Source: Candidatus Saccharimonadota bacterium (GTDB lineage Bacteria > Patescibacteriota > Saccharimonadia > Saccharimonadales > UBA10212). From it: a stretch of 64,000 nucleotides of DNA. The translations under genes and the position numbers were made by a program. The notes under the pieces were generated by a model that was not told where the DNA came from, ran no database searches, and saw only the letters and a program-made list of their open reading frames with translations. Position 1 is the first letter of the stretch, and each line of letters begins with the position of its first letter. Shown piece by piece: positions 1 through 9,903 of this stretch. The stretch covers positions 25,581 through 89,580 of the forward strand of contig JALHRM010000002.1 in the NCBI GenBank assembly GCA_022841445.1. Direction: 5' to 3'.

Positions 1-19
1 TTTATAAAGGAGAAATGCC

Positions 20-1222
20 ATGTCTGAAATAGCAGCACCAAAACCAGAGCAACTTGTACTAGCAGATCGCTTGCATTCGCATTGGATGCTGGATGAGATG
101 TTAGTAAGTGAACTTTCGGTCGGTATCAGTGCTAAGGGTGCGGAAGATATAAGTCAAATTACGAGCTGGTTAGATGAAAGGCCAAGTGTTGTGGCTGCGC
201 GTGATAGAAACCGCGCAACTGTCACTGAAATATTCCAGGCCCAGTCCGACAAGCAGCTAATTATTATTGGGCCCTGTTCAATCGATATGGATACCGACTA
301 CGCTGAGCTATTTGACTACATTGAAGAATTGCAAATTGAACACCCTGACGCCATCATTGGGTTTCGCTGCAACGGCTCCAAGCCTCGAACTGGAAGAGGT
401 ACAACTGGTTTATTTTCTAAGTTAGGAGATGAACATCGTGAACGTCTTATTAAGGTATATCAAGAAGCTGCCGAACGAGGAATCCCAATTTTCGCAGAAA
501 TTACCGACCAGAATGAATTCAGCGCGCTAGCTCCATACTTAACTTGTGCTTGGCTTGGCGCACGAGACATGGCCTCTACCGCACTACGTAAACTATTCTC
601 AGCAACCAGACTACCGGTAATGGTAAAGAATGGATTAACTGAGGAGCTAGATTCATTAGAAAATGCAGTTATAACTATTAGATCATCGAGTGCTGACAAC
701 GATAACACTGGTGTCGACGTTGGTTTTATAGGACATTCATACACACACAATGGCATGCCAGTCGCTCTATCCGTGGGAGAAGGCAACCAAAATGTGGCAG
801 TTATCGCTCGCGGCTATGACTTACCGAAAAGTATGAAACCCAAAGACCGTGACCGCGCATCTGCAGAGCATCTGAGTGAGGTATGCGCTCTTGCACATAG
901 AATCGGATGTGTCGCGCTGCTGGACGGTTCACATGCGGTGCCACGAATGTTGGCAGTGGATAAGATAGAGGGGGAGACAGACACCAATCGCCTACTTAAG
1001 GTCTTGAAGTTCTTCCGTAGTCAAGCAAAGAGCGGTAATATCCTGCATGTTGAGAGAGTTCAGGGTTTGCTTGCCGAAGTCAGCAGCAACCGAGGAGCCA
1101 CAGATCCGAATCTAATAATTGATGATGCTAATAAGAAGGTGCTAAAAAATGAAATTCGTGCACTTAAAAAGCTACTTAAAGTTGGTACCGCGTTACTGCG
1201 CTGTGCCGAAGTTGAGGTATAA
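20..1222 (+). CDS. Class I DAHP synthase-like aldolase (divergent)
   Basis: Motifs IIGPCS, KPRT, WLGAR, VKNG, DGSH, TDP; SD AAGGAG upstream. Confidence 0.75.
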   Translation: MSEIAAPKPEQLVLADRLHSHWMLDEMLVSELSVGISAKGAEDISQITSWLDERPSVVAARDRNRATVTEIFQAQSDKQLIIIGPCSIDMDTDYAELFDYIEELQIEHPDAIIGFRCNGSKPRTGRGTTGLFSKLGDEHRERLIKVYQEAAERGIPIFAEITDQNEFSALAPYLTCAWLGARDMASTALRKLFSATRLPVMVKNGLTEELDSLENAVITIRSSSADNDNTGVDVGFIGHSYTHNGMPVALSVGEGNQNVAVIARGYDLPKSMKPKDRDRASAEHLSEVCALAHRIGCVALLDGSHAVPRMLAVDKIEGETDTNRLLKVLKFFRSQAKSGNILHVERVQGLLAEVSSNRGATDPNLIIDDANKKVLKNEIRALKKLLKVGTALLRCAEVEV

Positions 1223-1230
1223 TACCAGCA

Positions 1231-2262
1231 ATGAATAAACCGGTTATTTTGACAGGTCTGAGGGTTAACAATGACTTGCACATAGGTAATTACTTCGGTG
1301 CATTGAAACCAATAATCGATATGACCAAGGATCATTCAGAGAAATACCAGGTTAACCTGTTTATTCCTGACCTGCATAGCTTCACAACCCCGATCAATCA
1401 CACAGAATTACAAACCCAGATTGTATCAACACTGCGCGCTTTTATTGCGGCCGGGCTGCCACTAGGCAGTCATGACGTGTATCTATATCGTCAGAGTTAT
1501 ATTCCAGCTCACAGTGAACTAACCTGGATACTAAGTTGTTTTACGGGCTTTGGTGAATTTGGGCGAATGGCTGAATTTAAAGACAAATCTGGAAGACTAG
1601 GTGTTGATCATATTGGGGTAGGACAATTTGTATACCCAGCACTACAAGCGGCTGATATTTTACTGTATAACGCGCAATATATACCAGTTGGCGAAGATCA
1701 GCGACAACATATTGAGTACGCTCGAAATATTGCGGAACGCATGAACAATAAATTCGGCGAACAACTATTCAATCTACCAAGCTCCATGGAAGAAATGTAT
1801 AAGTTCTTTAATAGAAAACAAGGCCTGCGCATCAGAGACTTGGTAGACCCGACCAAGAAAATGAGCAAAAGTGGCGATTCGAGTAGGGGAGCTATTTTTC
1901 TGAGTGATAGACCGGAAGATGCAGCCAAAAAGATTATGTCGGCCACCACAGATTCGTTAGAAGATATTCAATACGACTATGACACACGCCCTGGAATCAG
2001 CAACCTACTCGATATCTTAAAAATACTCGGCGGAGACGCAAGTAGTTTTATCGGACAAAAGCAGTACGGGCTCTTGAAGACTGCTGTGGCCGAAGCGGTC
2101 AGTATATTCCTTAGTGATTTTCAATCAAAACTTGAACAAGTTGATGATGGCGCAATTGCAGCAAAGCTAACTGTATCAGAGAAAGCAATGAACGTCGTCG
2201 CTAATAATACACTTCTAAAAGTTCAACGTGCTGTTGGTTTACGGTCTACTAAAGAGACATGA
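1231..2262 (+). CDS. trpS: Tryptophan--tRNA ligase
   Basis: HIGN and KMSKS motifs; YPALQAADIL, VGEDQRQH. Confidence 0.97.
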   Translation: MNKPVILTGLRVNNDLHIGNYFGALKPIIDMTKDHSEKYQVNLFIPDLHSFTTPINHTELQTQIVSTLRAFIAAGLPLGSHDVYLYRQSYIPAHSELTWILSCFTGFGEFGRMAEFKDKSGRLGVDHIGVGQFVYPALQAADILLYNAQYIPVGEDQRQHIEYARNIAERMNNKFGEQLFNLPSSMEEMYKFFNRKQGLRIRDLVDPTKKMSKSGDSSRGAIFLSDRPEDAAKKIMSATTDSLEDIQYDYDTRPGISNLLDILKILGGDASSFIGQKQYGLLKTAVAEAVSIFLSDFQSKLEQVDDGAIAAKLTVSEKAMNVVANNTLLKVQRAVGLRSTKET

Positions 2263-3128
2263 AGTCTTTTATTATCTCAGAAGAGCATGCCGGCAAGCGG
2301 CTGGATGTGTACTTAACGGAGCAATTCCCGGAAAATACACGGGCATCACTACAAAAGCTATTTGAGCTAGGTAACATAAAAATCAGGGACAACCAGGCAA
2401 AGCCTGGCGTGAAGTTGCGTGAAGGTGATGTGGTGTCGGTTGATGATGCTCCGCTGCAACTTACCCCTAAAGAAATAAATCTGCCTATACTGTACGAGGA
2501 CGACGATGTTCTTGTTGTTGATAAGCCGACTGGGGTTTTGAGTCATGCCAAAGGTGGGTTTTCCGATGAAGGTACGGTTGCCTCTTTCTGCCAGAAATAC
2601 TACTCGCTAGGCACCGACGAGGTGCTTACAAACCGGTCCGGCATTGTGCACCGGCTTGACCGCGATACAAGCGGCGTGATGGTAGTTGCGAAGCACGCTG
2701 CCGCACAGAAATGGCTACAAAAACAATTTGCCACTCGCAATGTTAAAAAAACATACCATGCATTAGTAGCGGGTGTCCCTGATCCTGCTGAAGCAGTCAT
2801 CGATGCACCTATTGCTCGAAACCCAAAAAAGCCTCAGTCTTTCATGGTTAAGAGCAATGGTAAGTCCGCCAGAACACAGTACAAGGTGCAGGCGATTGGT
2901 AAAGCTTGCCTTCTTGAGCTGCGCCCAGAAACCGGCAGAACACATCAAATTAGAGTTCACCTTGCTTATATTAGACATCCAATCATTGGCGACAGGGTAT
3001 ACGGTAAATCAGCGGAGCGCCTGTTTTTGCATGCCACTAAGTTGGAGCTTACTCTGCCAAACCGCGCGCGTACTACTTTTGAGTCATCCTTACCCAAGCA
3101 GTTTACGGAAAAAGTGCATGATGTTTGA
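2259..3128 (+). CDS. RluA/RluD-family pseudouridine synthase
   Basis: N-terminal S4-like domain; GIVHRLDRDTSG catalytic motif; TGRTHQIRVH. Confidence 0.95.
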   Translation: MKSFIISEEHAGKRLDVYLTEQFPENTRASLQKLFELGNIKIRDNQAKPGVKLREGDVVSVDDAPLQLTPKEINLPILYEDDDVLVVDKPTGVLSHAKGGFSDEGTVASFCQKYYSLGTDEVLTNRSGIVHRLDRDTSGVMVVAKHAAAQKWLQKQFATRNVKKTYHALVAGVPDPAEAVIDAPIARNPKKPQSFMVKSNGKSARTQYKVQAIGKACLLELRPETGRTHQIRVHLAYIRHPIIGDRVYGKSAERLFLHATKLELTLPNRARTTFESSLPKQFTEKVHDV

Positions 3129-3999
3129 AACGCTGCTATTGCATAGCCGTACTCGGAGTGCACTCGAGCGCTTTATGGCGATGCCATCGCAGGTTTTGAC
3201 TATCAGCGGTGCGCAGGGTGCAGGTAAAACGGCGATAGCCCATGAAATTTTGCAACTCCTAATCCACGCTCCTGGTGAATCGTCCAAGTCTATACTCAGT
3301 GATCCTCGCTTGTATCGGTTAGAGGTACGAGAGAAATCTACCATTGGAATAGAAGAGGTTCGCGAACTGGTGCATTTTCTCAGCATACGGGCAACCGATC
3401 GTTCAGATTGGAATCGATTCATTCTAATAGAAAATTCTGGGCTGCTGAGTATCGAAGCTCAAAACGCCCTACTGAAATCATTAGAATCTTTGCCTAACGG
3501 TGTGATGGTTATTATGCTGGCAGAACGGCCGGACCAGTTACTTGAGACTGTGCGATCCAGGTCCCAATTTATTACAGTGCTGCCAGTAACATATACCAGT
3601 GCCGCAAATTACTTTCAGAGCGACTACAGTGAATCAGAAATCAAAGCCGCCTATGCACTTAGTGGTGGGCATGCCGGACTGTTACTAACACTACTGAGCG
3701 ATAAGGATAATCCGAATCAAGCAGGTGCAGATCTGGCTAAGAAAATTCTGGCAGAAACTACTTTTCAGCGTTTACTAAGAATAAATGACTTAAGTTCTGA
3801 TACTGACAAATTTGAGCATGTACTTAGCGGCTTGCAGCGTATTCTTGGCATACTACATGCCTCGGCTATAAATCGTGATACTACAGGGGCGGCAAATTCC
3901 TTTTTATTGAAACGCAGGACAGTCAACTATGTACAGCAGGCGCTAAAACAGCGCAGCAATCCAAAACTCTCAGCCTGTTACTTGCTTATAAACTTGTAG
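3118..3999 (+). CDS. holB: DNA polymerase III subunit delta' (clamp loader AAA+)
   Basis: Walker A GAQGAGKT, IGIEEVREL, AQNALLKSLE, LLETVRSR; true start taken as ATG 3118/3121 rather than 2773. Confidence 0.85.
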   Translation: MMFETLLLHSRTRSALERFMAMPSQVLTISGAQGAGKTAIAHEILQLLIHAPGESSKSILSDPRLYRLEVREKSTIGIEEVRELVHFLSIRATDRSDWNRFILIENSGLLSIEAQNALLKSLESLPNGVMVIMLAERPDQLLETVRSRSQFITVLPVTYTSAANYFQSDYSESEIKAAYALSGGHAGLLLTLLSDKDNPNQAGADLAKKILAETTFQRLLRINDLSSDTDKFEHVLSGLQRILGILHASAINRDTTGAANSFLLKRRTVNYVQQALKQRSNPKLSACYLLINL

Positions 4000-4017
4000 T
4001 GGTATAATTGTGGGCGT

Positions 4018-4671
4018 ATGTATGCAATGCTATTTGTCGCAATCCTTGGGCTTTATATGCTCCGGAACGCACACCGCAACGAACATGAACTTATTATCAT
4101 CCCCAGAAGACTTAGTGACCGCTTAACGCGGTTATGGGAAATTGCTCATCAAGGGATGCGTGAGAATCGGTTTTTGCGCGCTGAAAAGGCGTTACTCACA
4201 ATTCTTAAAATAGATCACAAGAATGCCGCTGCTTACAACAGGTTAGGTATTCTGTACGCAAAACAGAAAGAATTTAAGGACGCTATTGATTGTTTCGAAA
4301 TTGCCAGTAGTATCGAGCCAACCGCCTCAAGTCTGCACAACCTGGGGCTTATATATTACGAAACCGAAAATTACGCAAAAGCAGCAACCGCATTTGAACA
4401 AGCCTTGAAGCTTGAAGATTCGCTAGCTGCTCGGCACATCGCCTACGCAAAAGTGCAGGAAAAAATTGGTAATGTAAAATTAATGATTCGGGAACTTGAG
4501 ATTGCATCTGACCTTGAAACCAATCCAGAAACACTGACACTATTACAAAAAGCATATGAGTCGCACGATATGATTGAAGAAGCCAAATCAATTGAACGCC
4601 GTTTGTCGACGCTCATCATGCCAGCAGGGAAGTCAAAGCGTATTTTGCGCCCTAAACGGGTTGTCATTTAA
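4018..4671 (+). CDS. Tetratricopeptide repeat protein with N-terminal hydrophobic anchor
   Basis: TPR motifs AYNRLGILYA, SLHNLGLIYY...AFEQAL. Confidence 0.85.
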   Translation: MYAMLFVAILGLYMLRNAHRNEHELIIIPRRLSDRLTRLWEIAHQGMRENRFLRAEKALLTILKIDHKNAAAYNRLGILYAKQKEFKDAIDCFEIASSIEPTASSLHNLGLIYYETENYAKAATAFEQALKLEDSLAARHIAYAKVQEKIGNVKLMIRELEIASDLETNPETLTLLQKAYESHDMIEEAKSIERRLSTLIMPAGKSKRILRPKRVVI

Positions 4672-4767
4672 AAATAGTGAGACAAGTCTGCTGTTTTTTT
4701 CATTTCCCGTGCACGAAATAAATTCGATGCTTGGGCTGTTATTTGCGTGAAGAATGAAGTTAAAAGT

Positions 4768-4796
4768 TTGATATTTAACCCCTGTTTTGCTACACT
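4768..4796 (+). promoter_or_regulatory. Sigma70-type promoter for tRNA-Thr/tRNA-Tyr
   Basis: TTGATA-17 nt-TACACT with extended TGn. Confidence 0.6.
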
Positions 4797-4823
4797 TGCC
4801 GGGTACTTTGACTGCACATAAGC

Positions 4824-4900
4824 GCCACCTTAGCTCAGCTGGTTAGAGCATCGGTTTTGTAAACCGAGGGTCGTCGGTTCGAATCCGACAGGTGGCTCCA
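4824..4900 (+). tRNA. tRNA-Thr(UGU)
   Basis: Cloverleaf: GCCACCT/AGGTGGC acceptor, anticodon arm TCGGT-TT TGT AA-ACCGA, GGTTCGAATCC, encoded CCA. Confidence 0.97.
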
Positions 4901-5007
4901 TTTAAGTACATTGCGAGAGTACTTAAGTCTTAGTTTGCATGTGAGGTGCAGTCTAAGAGGTGTTAGCATTAGCTTGAGTGGCCTTGCTGCCCTTAAGCTA
5001 ATAGCGT

Positions 5008-5092
5008 GCAGGGTTAGTGAAGCGGTCAAACACGGCTGACTGTAAATCAGCTCCCTACGGGTTCGGGGGTTCGAATCCCTCACCCTGCACCA
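5008..5092 (+). tRNA. tRNA-Tyr(GUA)
   Basis: GCAGGGT/ACCCTGC acceptor, GCTGA-CT GTA AA-TCAGC, long variable arm, GGTTCGAATCC, CCA. Confidence 0.97.
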
Positions 5093-5141
5093 AATATATG
5101 CATTTCGAAAGAAGTCTTCTTGTTTGTTATGATATGAGCGT

Positions 5142-6275
5142 ATGAAGTTGAAGCAAAAGCATAGCAGTAGTACGCTAAGTACTCTAAAAAAATGGATTGT
5201 ATCCCACCGAGTAATCTCTCTTATCATTACTTCAATAGTAATATTGTTTATTGGCGGAGTTACATTTGCCCTCACTGCTCAACCCAGTGACGTAAAGTCC
5301 GCTAAAAACCCCAATCAAGTACAAAGTAACCTACCGCACACCAGGCTTAACGTGGAATCTGATCCTAATGGTTTAACTATGCAAAGTGAACAAGACTGTG
5401 ATAGTGAGAAACTTCAACAAATTACTCCATATACTTGTGCGAAGGTCGGCGCGTTCACTGCCGTCGTAAACGCTCCAGGATCTGTAAGTGTTAATGGCAC
5501 AACCTACCATTTCAAGACCTGGGATGGTTGTAGCGAGTCAAATGAAGACAAAAAAATCTGCAAGGTAGTAATCTCCGAAAAAGAAACAAAAATAATTAAA
5601 GCGGTCTACGAAATTAAGACAGGACAGCAATCAGTTACGACTTCTAAAACCATTGGAAAAAATGATACTGTATGTAAAACCTCATCAGCTCCAACTCAAA
5701 CCCTTGGTTTCGGGAAAGGACCAGGTAGCGCTTACTCATCATCTACCGGAAAGGATATGATTTGCACAATGAAATTCGAGGATATACCTGCAGGCGGTAT
5801 ACTTCAGAGCGAGCAGGTTGTTTATGCGAGCAAAAAGTTCACCAGCTGTGCTGATCTATGCAGTAAATACGACGCATACAACATGGGAACGTATTGGAAC
5901 CAGTATCGCATCGCTGGTCTCAGAACTTGCAGCTTTAACGGCATGGCAGGAGATTGTGGTTCTGCGGTAAGTTCGGGTAACGAGAATCTTCGCTCATTCA
6001 CAAAACCTGTAGAACTCACTTTTCGTGGCTTTGAGGTCTATGATGAGTACTATGGAGCAAGCGGTGACGGTTGCTATTATTACTATTGTCTTTCCAGGTC
6101 TACTTTTGATCGCTGGTCCGTGGTATACGAACCATCTACTAGTAGCGGGCTTACAAAAATAAAGATCATTGCCTACTATACACAAGAAGTGTTTTATGAC
6201 CCTACACAAGAACTTGTTACAGACTGGCAGAAGCAACAGAAGACATACTTTCAAAAGGGATTCGATGATTATTAG
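5142..6275 (+). CDS. Membrane-anchored Cys-rich extracellular hypothetical protein with one InlB B-repeat-like segment
   Basis: Basic N-terminus plus TM helix; segment YHFKTWDGC...CKVVI...KIIKAVY resembles divergent InlB B-repeat. Confidence 0.6.
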   Translation: MKLKQKHSSSTLSTLKKWIVSHRVISLIITSIVILFIGGVTFALTAQPSDVKSAKNPNQVQSNLPHTRLNVESDPNGLTMQSEQDCDSEKLQQITPYTCAKVGAFTAVVNAPGSVSVNGTTYHFKTWDGCSESNEDKKICKVVISEKETKIIKAVYEIKTGQQSVTTSKTIGKNDTVCKTSSAPTQTLGFGKGPGSAYSSSTGKDMICTMKFEDIPAGGILQSEQVVYASKKFTSCADLCSKYDAYNMGTYWNQYRIAGLRTCSFNGMAGDCGSAVSSGNENLRSFTKPVELTFRGFEVYDEYYGASGDGCYYYYCLSRSTFDRWSVVYEPSTSSGLTKIKIIAYYTQEVFYDPTQELVTDWQKQQKTYFQKGFDDY

Positions 6276-6337
6276 AAATAATACTATATGAGAGACGTTC
6301 TAACCTCAGCAATGATACTGCACTAAATTCCGCGTAC

Positions 6338-6361
6338 GCTCATCATCCGATGAGCCTTTTT
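6338..6361 (+). terminator. Intrinsic terminator
   Basis: GCTCATC-atcc-GATGAGC followed by CTTTTT. Confidence 0.65.
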
Positions 6362-6379
6362 GTTTGGTATCATAGAGGT

Positions 6380-6715
6380 ATGGACTTGCAATCACTTCAG
6401 CAGCGCGCACTAGATATTCGGGATAAATACGACAAGCTTAACACAGATAAAAGAGGCGTGATTTGGAACGAACAGCAAATCATGGCTGGCTTTGTTGGGG
6501 ACGTTGGTGATTTGTCGAAAGTTATTATGGCTAAGCATGGTCTGCGAGATATGGACGATGTTGATTCAAAGTTAGCGCATGAACTTAGTGACTGCCTGTG
6601 GTCTATTCTGGTGATTGCTGCTAAATATGAAGTAGACCTCGCTAAAGAATTTATGGAAACAATGGACGAGCTCGATATACGCATAGGACGTGAATTAAAA
6701 AGTAGTGGTCGCTAA
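6380..6715 (+). CDS. MazG-like nucleotide pyrophosphohydrolase
   Basis: GDVGDL...HELSDCLWSIL helical pattern; start at ATG 6380. Confidence 0.8.
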   Translation: MDLQSLQQRALDIRDKYDKLNTDKRGVIWNEQQIMAGFVGDVGDLSKVIMAKHGLRDMDDVDSKLAHELSDCLWSILVIAAKYEVDLAKEFMETMDELDIRIGRELKSSGR

Positions 6716-7311
6716 TTGGCCAAGTACTTCGGCACAGAGTAGTTTTTGAACTGAGCGTAAAGGCCTTTGGAGTAAATCAAGCGGTAGAAGCACTCTGCTT
6801 CCCACTTTGCGCCATTAAGGGCGTTGTGTGGGGTTGGCTCAAGCGGCAGACCGCAAAATGGGTAGATGCTATCCACATCCATAACCGACCACCCGTCTGT
6901 TAGCGGTACCAACTTCTTCAGTGACAGCATTTTAGCGTAAGCTATTGAGTGAAGATCTACCGATCTTCGATGAAGCCTAAGTGCCGAACGAGTCTGCTCG
7001 GCTTTAGCGTTTAGAAAAGGTACATCAAACGCCGCCACGTGTAACCCAGCAATTACCTTTACGGAACGCTGTTTGAGCCATCTGTCAAACTGGTCTATGG
7101 CTTCTCTTGGTCTTGGCTTGGCAGGGTCTTTTATATTCTGCTTGTCAAATCCGTTCACATATAGTGCGTTTTTATCATAAGTTTCCCCACGCCTTAAGCG
7201 ACATTCGATATAGAATATCTCTTTTGGTCGCATAAGATCAACCGCACCAATCGACAACAAACCATGTTCGTTCGGATTTAATCCGGAAGTTTCGATATCG
7301 AGCACTACCAT
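6712..7311 (-). CDS. DEDDh 3'-5' exonuclease (DnaQ/RNase T-like)
   Basis: LDIETSGL, AFDVPFL, HNALNGA (final Asp position appears substituted). Confidence 0.85.
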   Translation of the reverse strand: MVVLDIETSGLNPNEHGLLSIGAVDLMRPKEIFYIECRLRRGETYDKNALYVNGFDKQNIKDPAKPRPREAIDQFDRWLKQRSVKVIAGLHVAAFDVPFLNAKAEQTRSALRLHRRSVDLHSIAYAKMLSLKKLVPLTDGWSVMDVDSIYPFCGLPLEPTPHNALNGAKWEAECFYRLIYSKGLYAQFKNYSVPKYLAN

Positions 7312-7337
7312 TTGATATGATTATAGCAAGCCACACT

Positions 7338-7366
7338 TTGCCGGTGCCGGCATTGTTTGTTACAAT
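7338..7366 (+). promoter_or_regulatory. Sigma70-type promoter for tRNA-Thr-pspC
   Basis: TTGCCG-17 nt-TACAAT with extended TGn. Confidence 0.6.
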
Positions 7367-7381
7367 ACTTCGGTCAATCTT

Positions 7382-7456
<75 letters not shown>

Positions 7457-7466
7457 GGAGACTATT

Positions 7467-7679
7467 ATGAATAAAGAGATACGCAGGTTGTATCGAAACA
7501 CTAACGACAAAGTAATTGCTGGGGTGTGTTCTGGTATGGGTGACTATTTGCGGCTAGACCCTGTATTGGTTCGTCTGATTATGATTGCGCTAGCGTTTGC
7601 CGGCGGAGCAGGTATCGCTGTATACATTGTGGCGTGGCTGATCGTACCAGAAAGTCCAAAGGCTTCTGACAAGGGTTGA
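7467..7679 (+). CDS. PspC domain protein
   Basis: RLYR..DKVIAGVCSGMG.Y..LDPVLVRL...YIVAWLIVP. Confidence 0.93.
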   Translation: MNKEIRRLYRNTNDKVIAGVCSGMGDYLRLDPVLVRLIMIALAFAGGAGIAVYIVAWLIVPESPKASDKG

Positions 7680-7733
7680 ATATAGTAACCGAAACTGTTA
7701 GAATAGTAGAAATTATTACAATAAGGATTCGTA

Positions 7734-7940
7734 ATGGGCAAGAAAAATGATAAGCGTAAAGTACTAGGATTGGTCTGTGCCGCCTGCGAGCAGAGACACT
7801 ACTACTCTACAAAAAATACCCAGAACACTCCTGACAAACTTGAAGTTAAAAAGTACTGTCCAGCGAAAAGAATGCCAGCCTTACAGGTCGAAACCAAGAA
7901 AAATCTTGGCCGCAACGAAGTAAAACCCCGCAAACACTAG
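7734..7940 (+). CDS. rpmG: 50S ribosomal protein L33
   Basis: LVCAAC...YYSTKN..NTPDKLEVKKYCP. Confidence 0.95.
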   Translation: MGKKNDKRKVLGLVCAACEQRHYYSTKNTQNTPDKLEVKKYCPAKRMPALQVETKKNLGRNEVKPRKH

Positions 7941-7951
7941 CTCTCGCTAAT

Positions 7952-9892
7952 TTAGCGGTACTTATTAAGCAGTAAAATTGTATTTACGAATTCTGCATGA
8001 CTCCACACAAGCGGACTAACTCCTACCTGAGTGCCATCGATAGGATCAACCTGTTCTGCTAGCATGCCACTCGCAGTGATGTGCGCCTTAGTCCAGTCCA
8101 ATATCTCACGAGTCTGATTTTGGCGACCTGTCCGGGCGTAATACTGTGCCAGCCAAAGCGTACAAATTATCCAAGGGTTTCCTAGATATTGGGTTTGCTT
8201 TAAGAAATAATTATCATTCTCGTAGCGAATCGCCCCGCCAGACGGAGTTACATTGCACAGCATTCGTTCTGTGGTGCTCATGGCTTGCCGGAGCGCATCA
8301 CTGTTAAATCTTGATTCATCAAAAAACCACACCCCGTATGCACTAGAACTATCAACAGTGTTGTTATATTCGATTGTACCGTCGCTTAGCAGCAATTGAC
8401 TCTTTCGGTACACACCTCGTTCTTGATCAAACAACTGTTTCATATTGTCTGATATTTGGTTCGCTGCTTCGCGCCAGTGCCGAGATTCTTCACTGCGGTG
8501 CAGTAAATCCGCAAGACGCGCTGCTTCTTTGAGTGCCGCAACGGTCACCGCGACCGTATACGTATGAGTGGCAAATTTCTCCTCCCACAAGTCATAAGTC
8601 GCATGCGGTAACCCTGTTTCAGCATCGATGAACCGTGCCATGAAATTACTAGCTGGTGCAATCAGGCTTTCGTAGATCTTAGTAACAAAATCAATATCTC
8701 CGGATGCTTGCTGATACTTACCGATAGCATAAATGACAGTTGCCGTTTCGTCTTCCTGTATAGCTAGTTCTGGATGATTAAAATGCATCAGTGGGTGCCA
8801 GGTACTGCCAATACTGCGGTCTGGCTGATATTTATGCATCATGTAACCATCCGGATGAATGGTGTCAACACAAAATTCGAAAAAGTTCCTTGATTCCTCG
8901 TAGTATCCAAGATCTATCATGGTCAGCATAGTCAGCGCGCCGTCCCGTGGCCACACGTAGCTATAGTAGTCACGACCATAGTTATAAATAGAGGAATCAC
9001 AGCTCGCTATAATACCGCCGCGCTTGTCAATATGTGACTTGACTATCATTAGTGATTTTTTGAATAGCGGCTTGTAAGAGTCGTCCGTGGCATTAATATG
9101 CTGGTCGGCGATACTTAGCCAGTTCCTCCACCAACTGCGTGTTGTATCAAGTCGTGTTGATAGACCATCCTTCATGAATTTCTTATGAATAGATTCAGCG
9201 TCATGCTGGGCATGTGATGCGATAACCCAGTAATCGACATAGTCAGATGCAAAAGGTTCAAGCTTTAGACAGCAGCGAAGCACCGAGTCAACACCGCCAT
9301 GTTCCACCAGATTCCCAGAAAGCTCACCGTCCTCGGCATCCCTATAGGTGCCTTCTTTGCCTTCAACGCCATAATTACCAACCGAGAATTGGTCGAAAGG
9401 TTGATGATTGCTGTCTCTGGCATGAATAAGCAGCGAACAACGACCCTTGTAATCAAATAAGTAGTTTCCGCTTGGCACGTAGAGCACGGTGTCTGCTCGG
9501 CCGTCGTTGCTTATCTGAAAGACCTGGTGCATAAATATCCTCGGTTCGATTACATGGTCGGTCAAATTTTCGATCCTGATGCGACGACAAAAGGCATTAT
9601 ACTGGCTATCCACAAAATCGGATAACAATAACCGGACACCGAGTTCTTTGTGCTCGGCAGTGATACTACTCACCAAGGCATCTGATTCAAAATCAACACT
9701 AACATGCCAGCTCCCATCGTCTATCCAACTAAAGACACCGTTCACCCAGACGCCGATCATGTGGTGTACGCTGCGAGCAGTTGTTAGGTTTTCTTGGCCT
9801 ATATATGGGTAGTAAAAGTCGTGCACTAGCCCATGTTCATTCAAGCCTACCAACATTTCGCCGTTGCTAAGCATTACCGCTCTACCCACCAC
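7952..9892 (-). CDS. Glycoside hydrolase family 15 (glucoamylase-like)
   Basis: YSYVWPRDG, YDLWEE, LAEQVDP, PLVWSHAEF. Confidence 0.92.
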   Translation of the reverse strand: MVGRAVMLSNGEMLVGLNEHGLVHDFYYPYIGQENLTTARSVHHMIGVWVNGVFSWIDDGSWHVSVDFESDALVSSITAEHKELGVRLLLSDFVDSQYNAFCRRIRIENLTDHVIEPRIFMHQVFQISNDGRADTVLYVPSGNYLFDYKGRCSLLIHARDSNHQPFDQFSVGNYGVEGKEGTYRDAEDGELSGNLVEHGGVDSVLRCCLKLEPFASDYVDYWVIASHAQHDAESIHKKFMKDGLSTRLDTTRSWWRNWLSIADQHINATDDSYKPLFKKSLMIVKSHIDKRGGIIASCDSSIYNYGRDYYSYVWPRDGALTMLTMIDLGYYEESRNFFEFCVDTIHPDGYMMHKYQPDRSIGSTWHPLMHFNHPELAIQEDETATVIYAIGKYQQASGDIDFVTKIYESLIAPASNFMARFIDAETGLPHATYDLWEEKFATHTYTVAVTVAALKEAARLADLLHRSEESRHWREAANQISDNMKQLFDQERGVYRKSQLLLSDGTIEYNNTVDSSSAYGVWFFDESRFNSDALRQAMSTTERMLCNVTPSGGAIRYENDNYFLKQTQYLGNPWIICTLWLAQYYARTGRQNQTREILDWTKAHITASGMLAEQVDPIDGTQVGVSPLVWSHAEFVNTILLLNKYR

Positions 9893-9903
9893 AAACTCCC
9901 ATC

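Noticed and set aside
2773..3117. 115-aa N-terminal extension of the holB ORF in the track
   Set aside because: Overlaps the pseudouridine synthase in another frame; HolB-like sequence begins at ATG 3118/3121
4835..5275. Minus-strand 146-aa ORF and similar ORFs at 12405-12590 and 39279-39527
   Set aside because: Antisense shadows of tRNA genes
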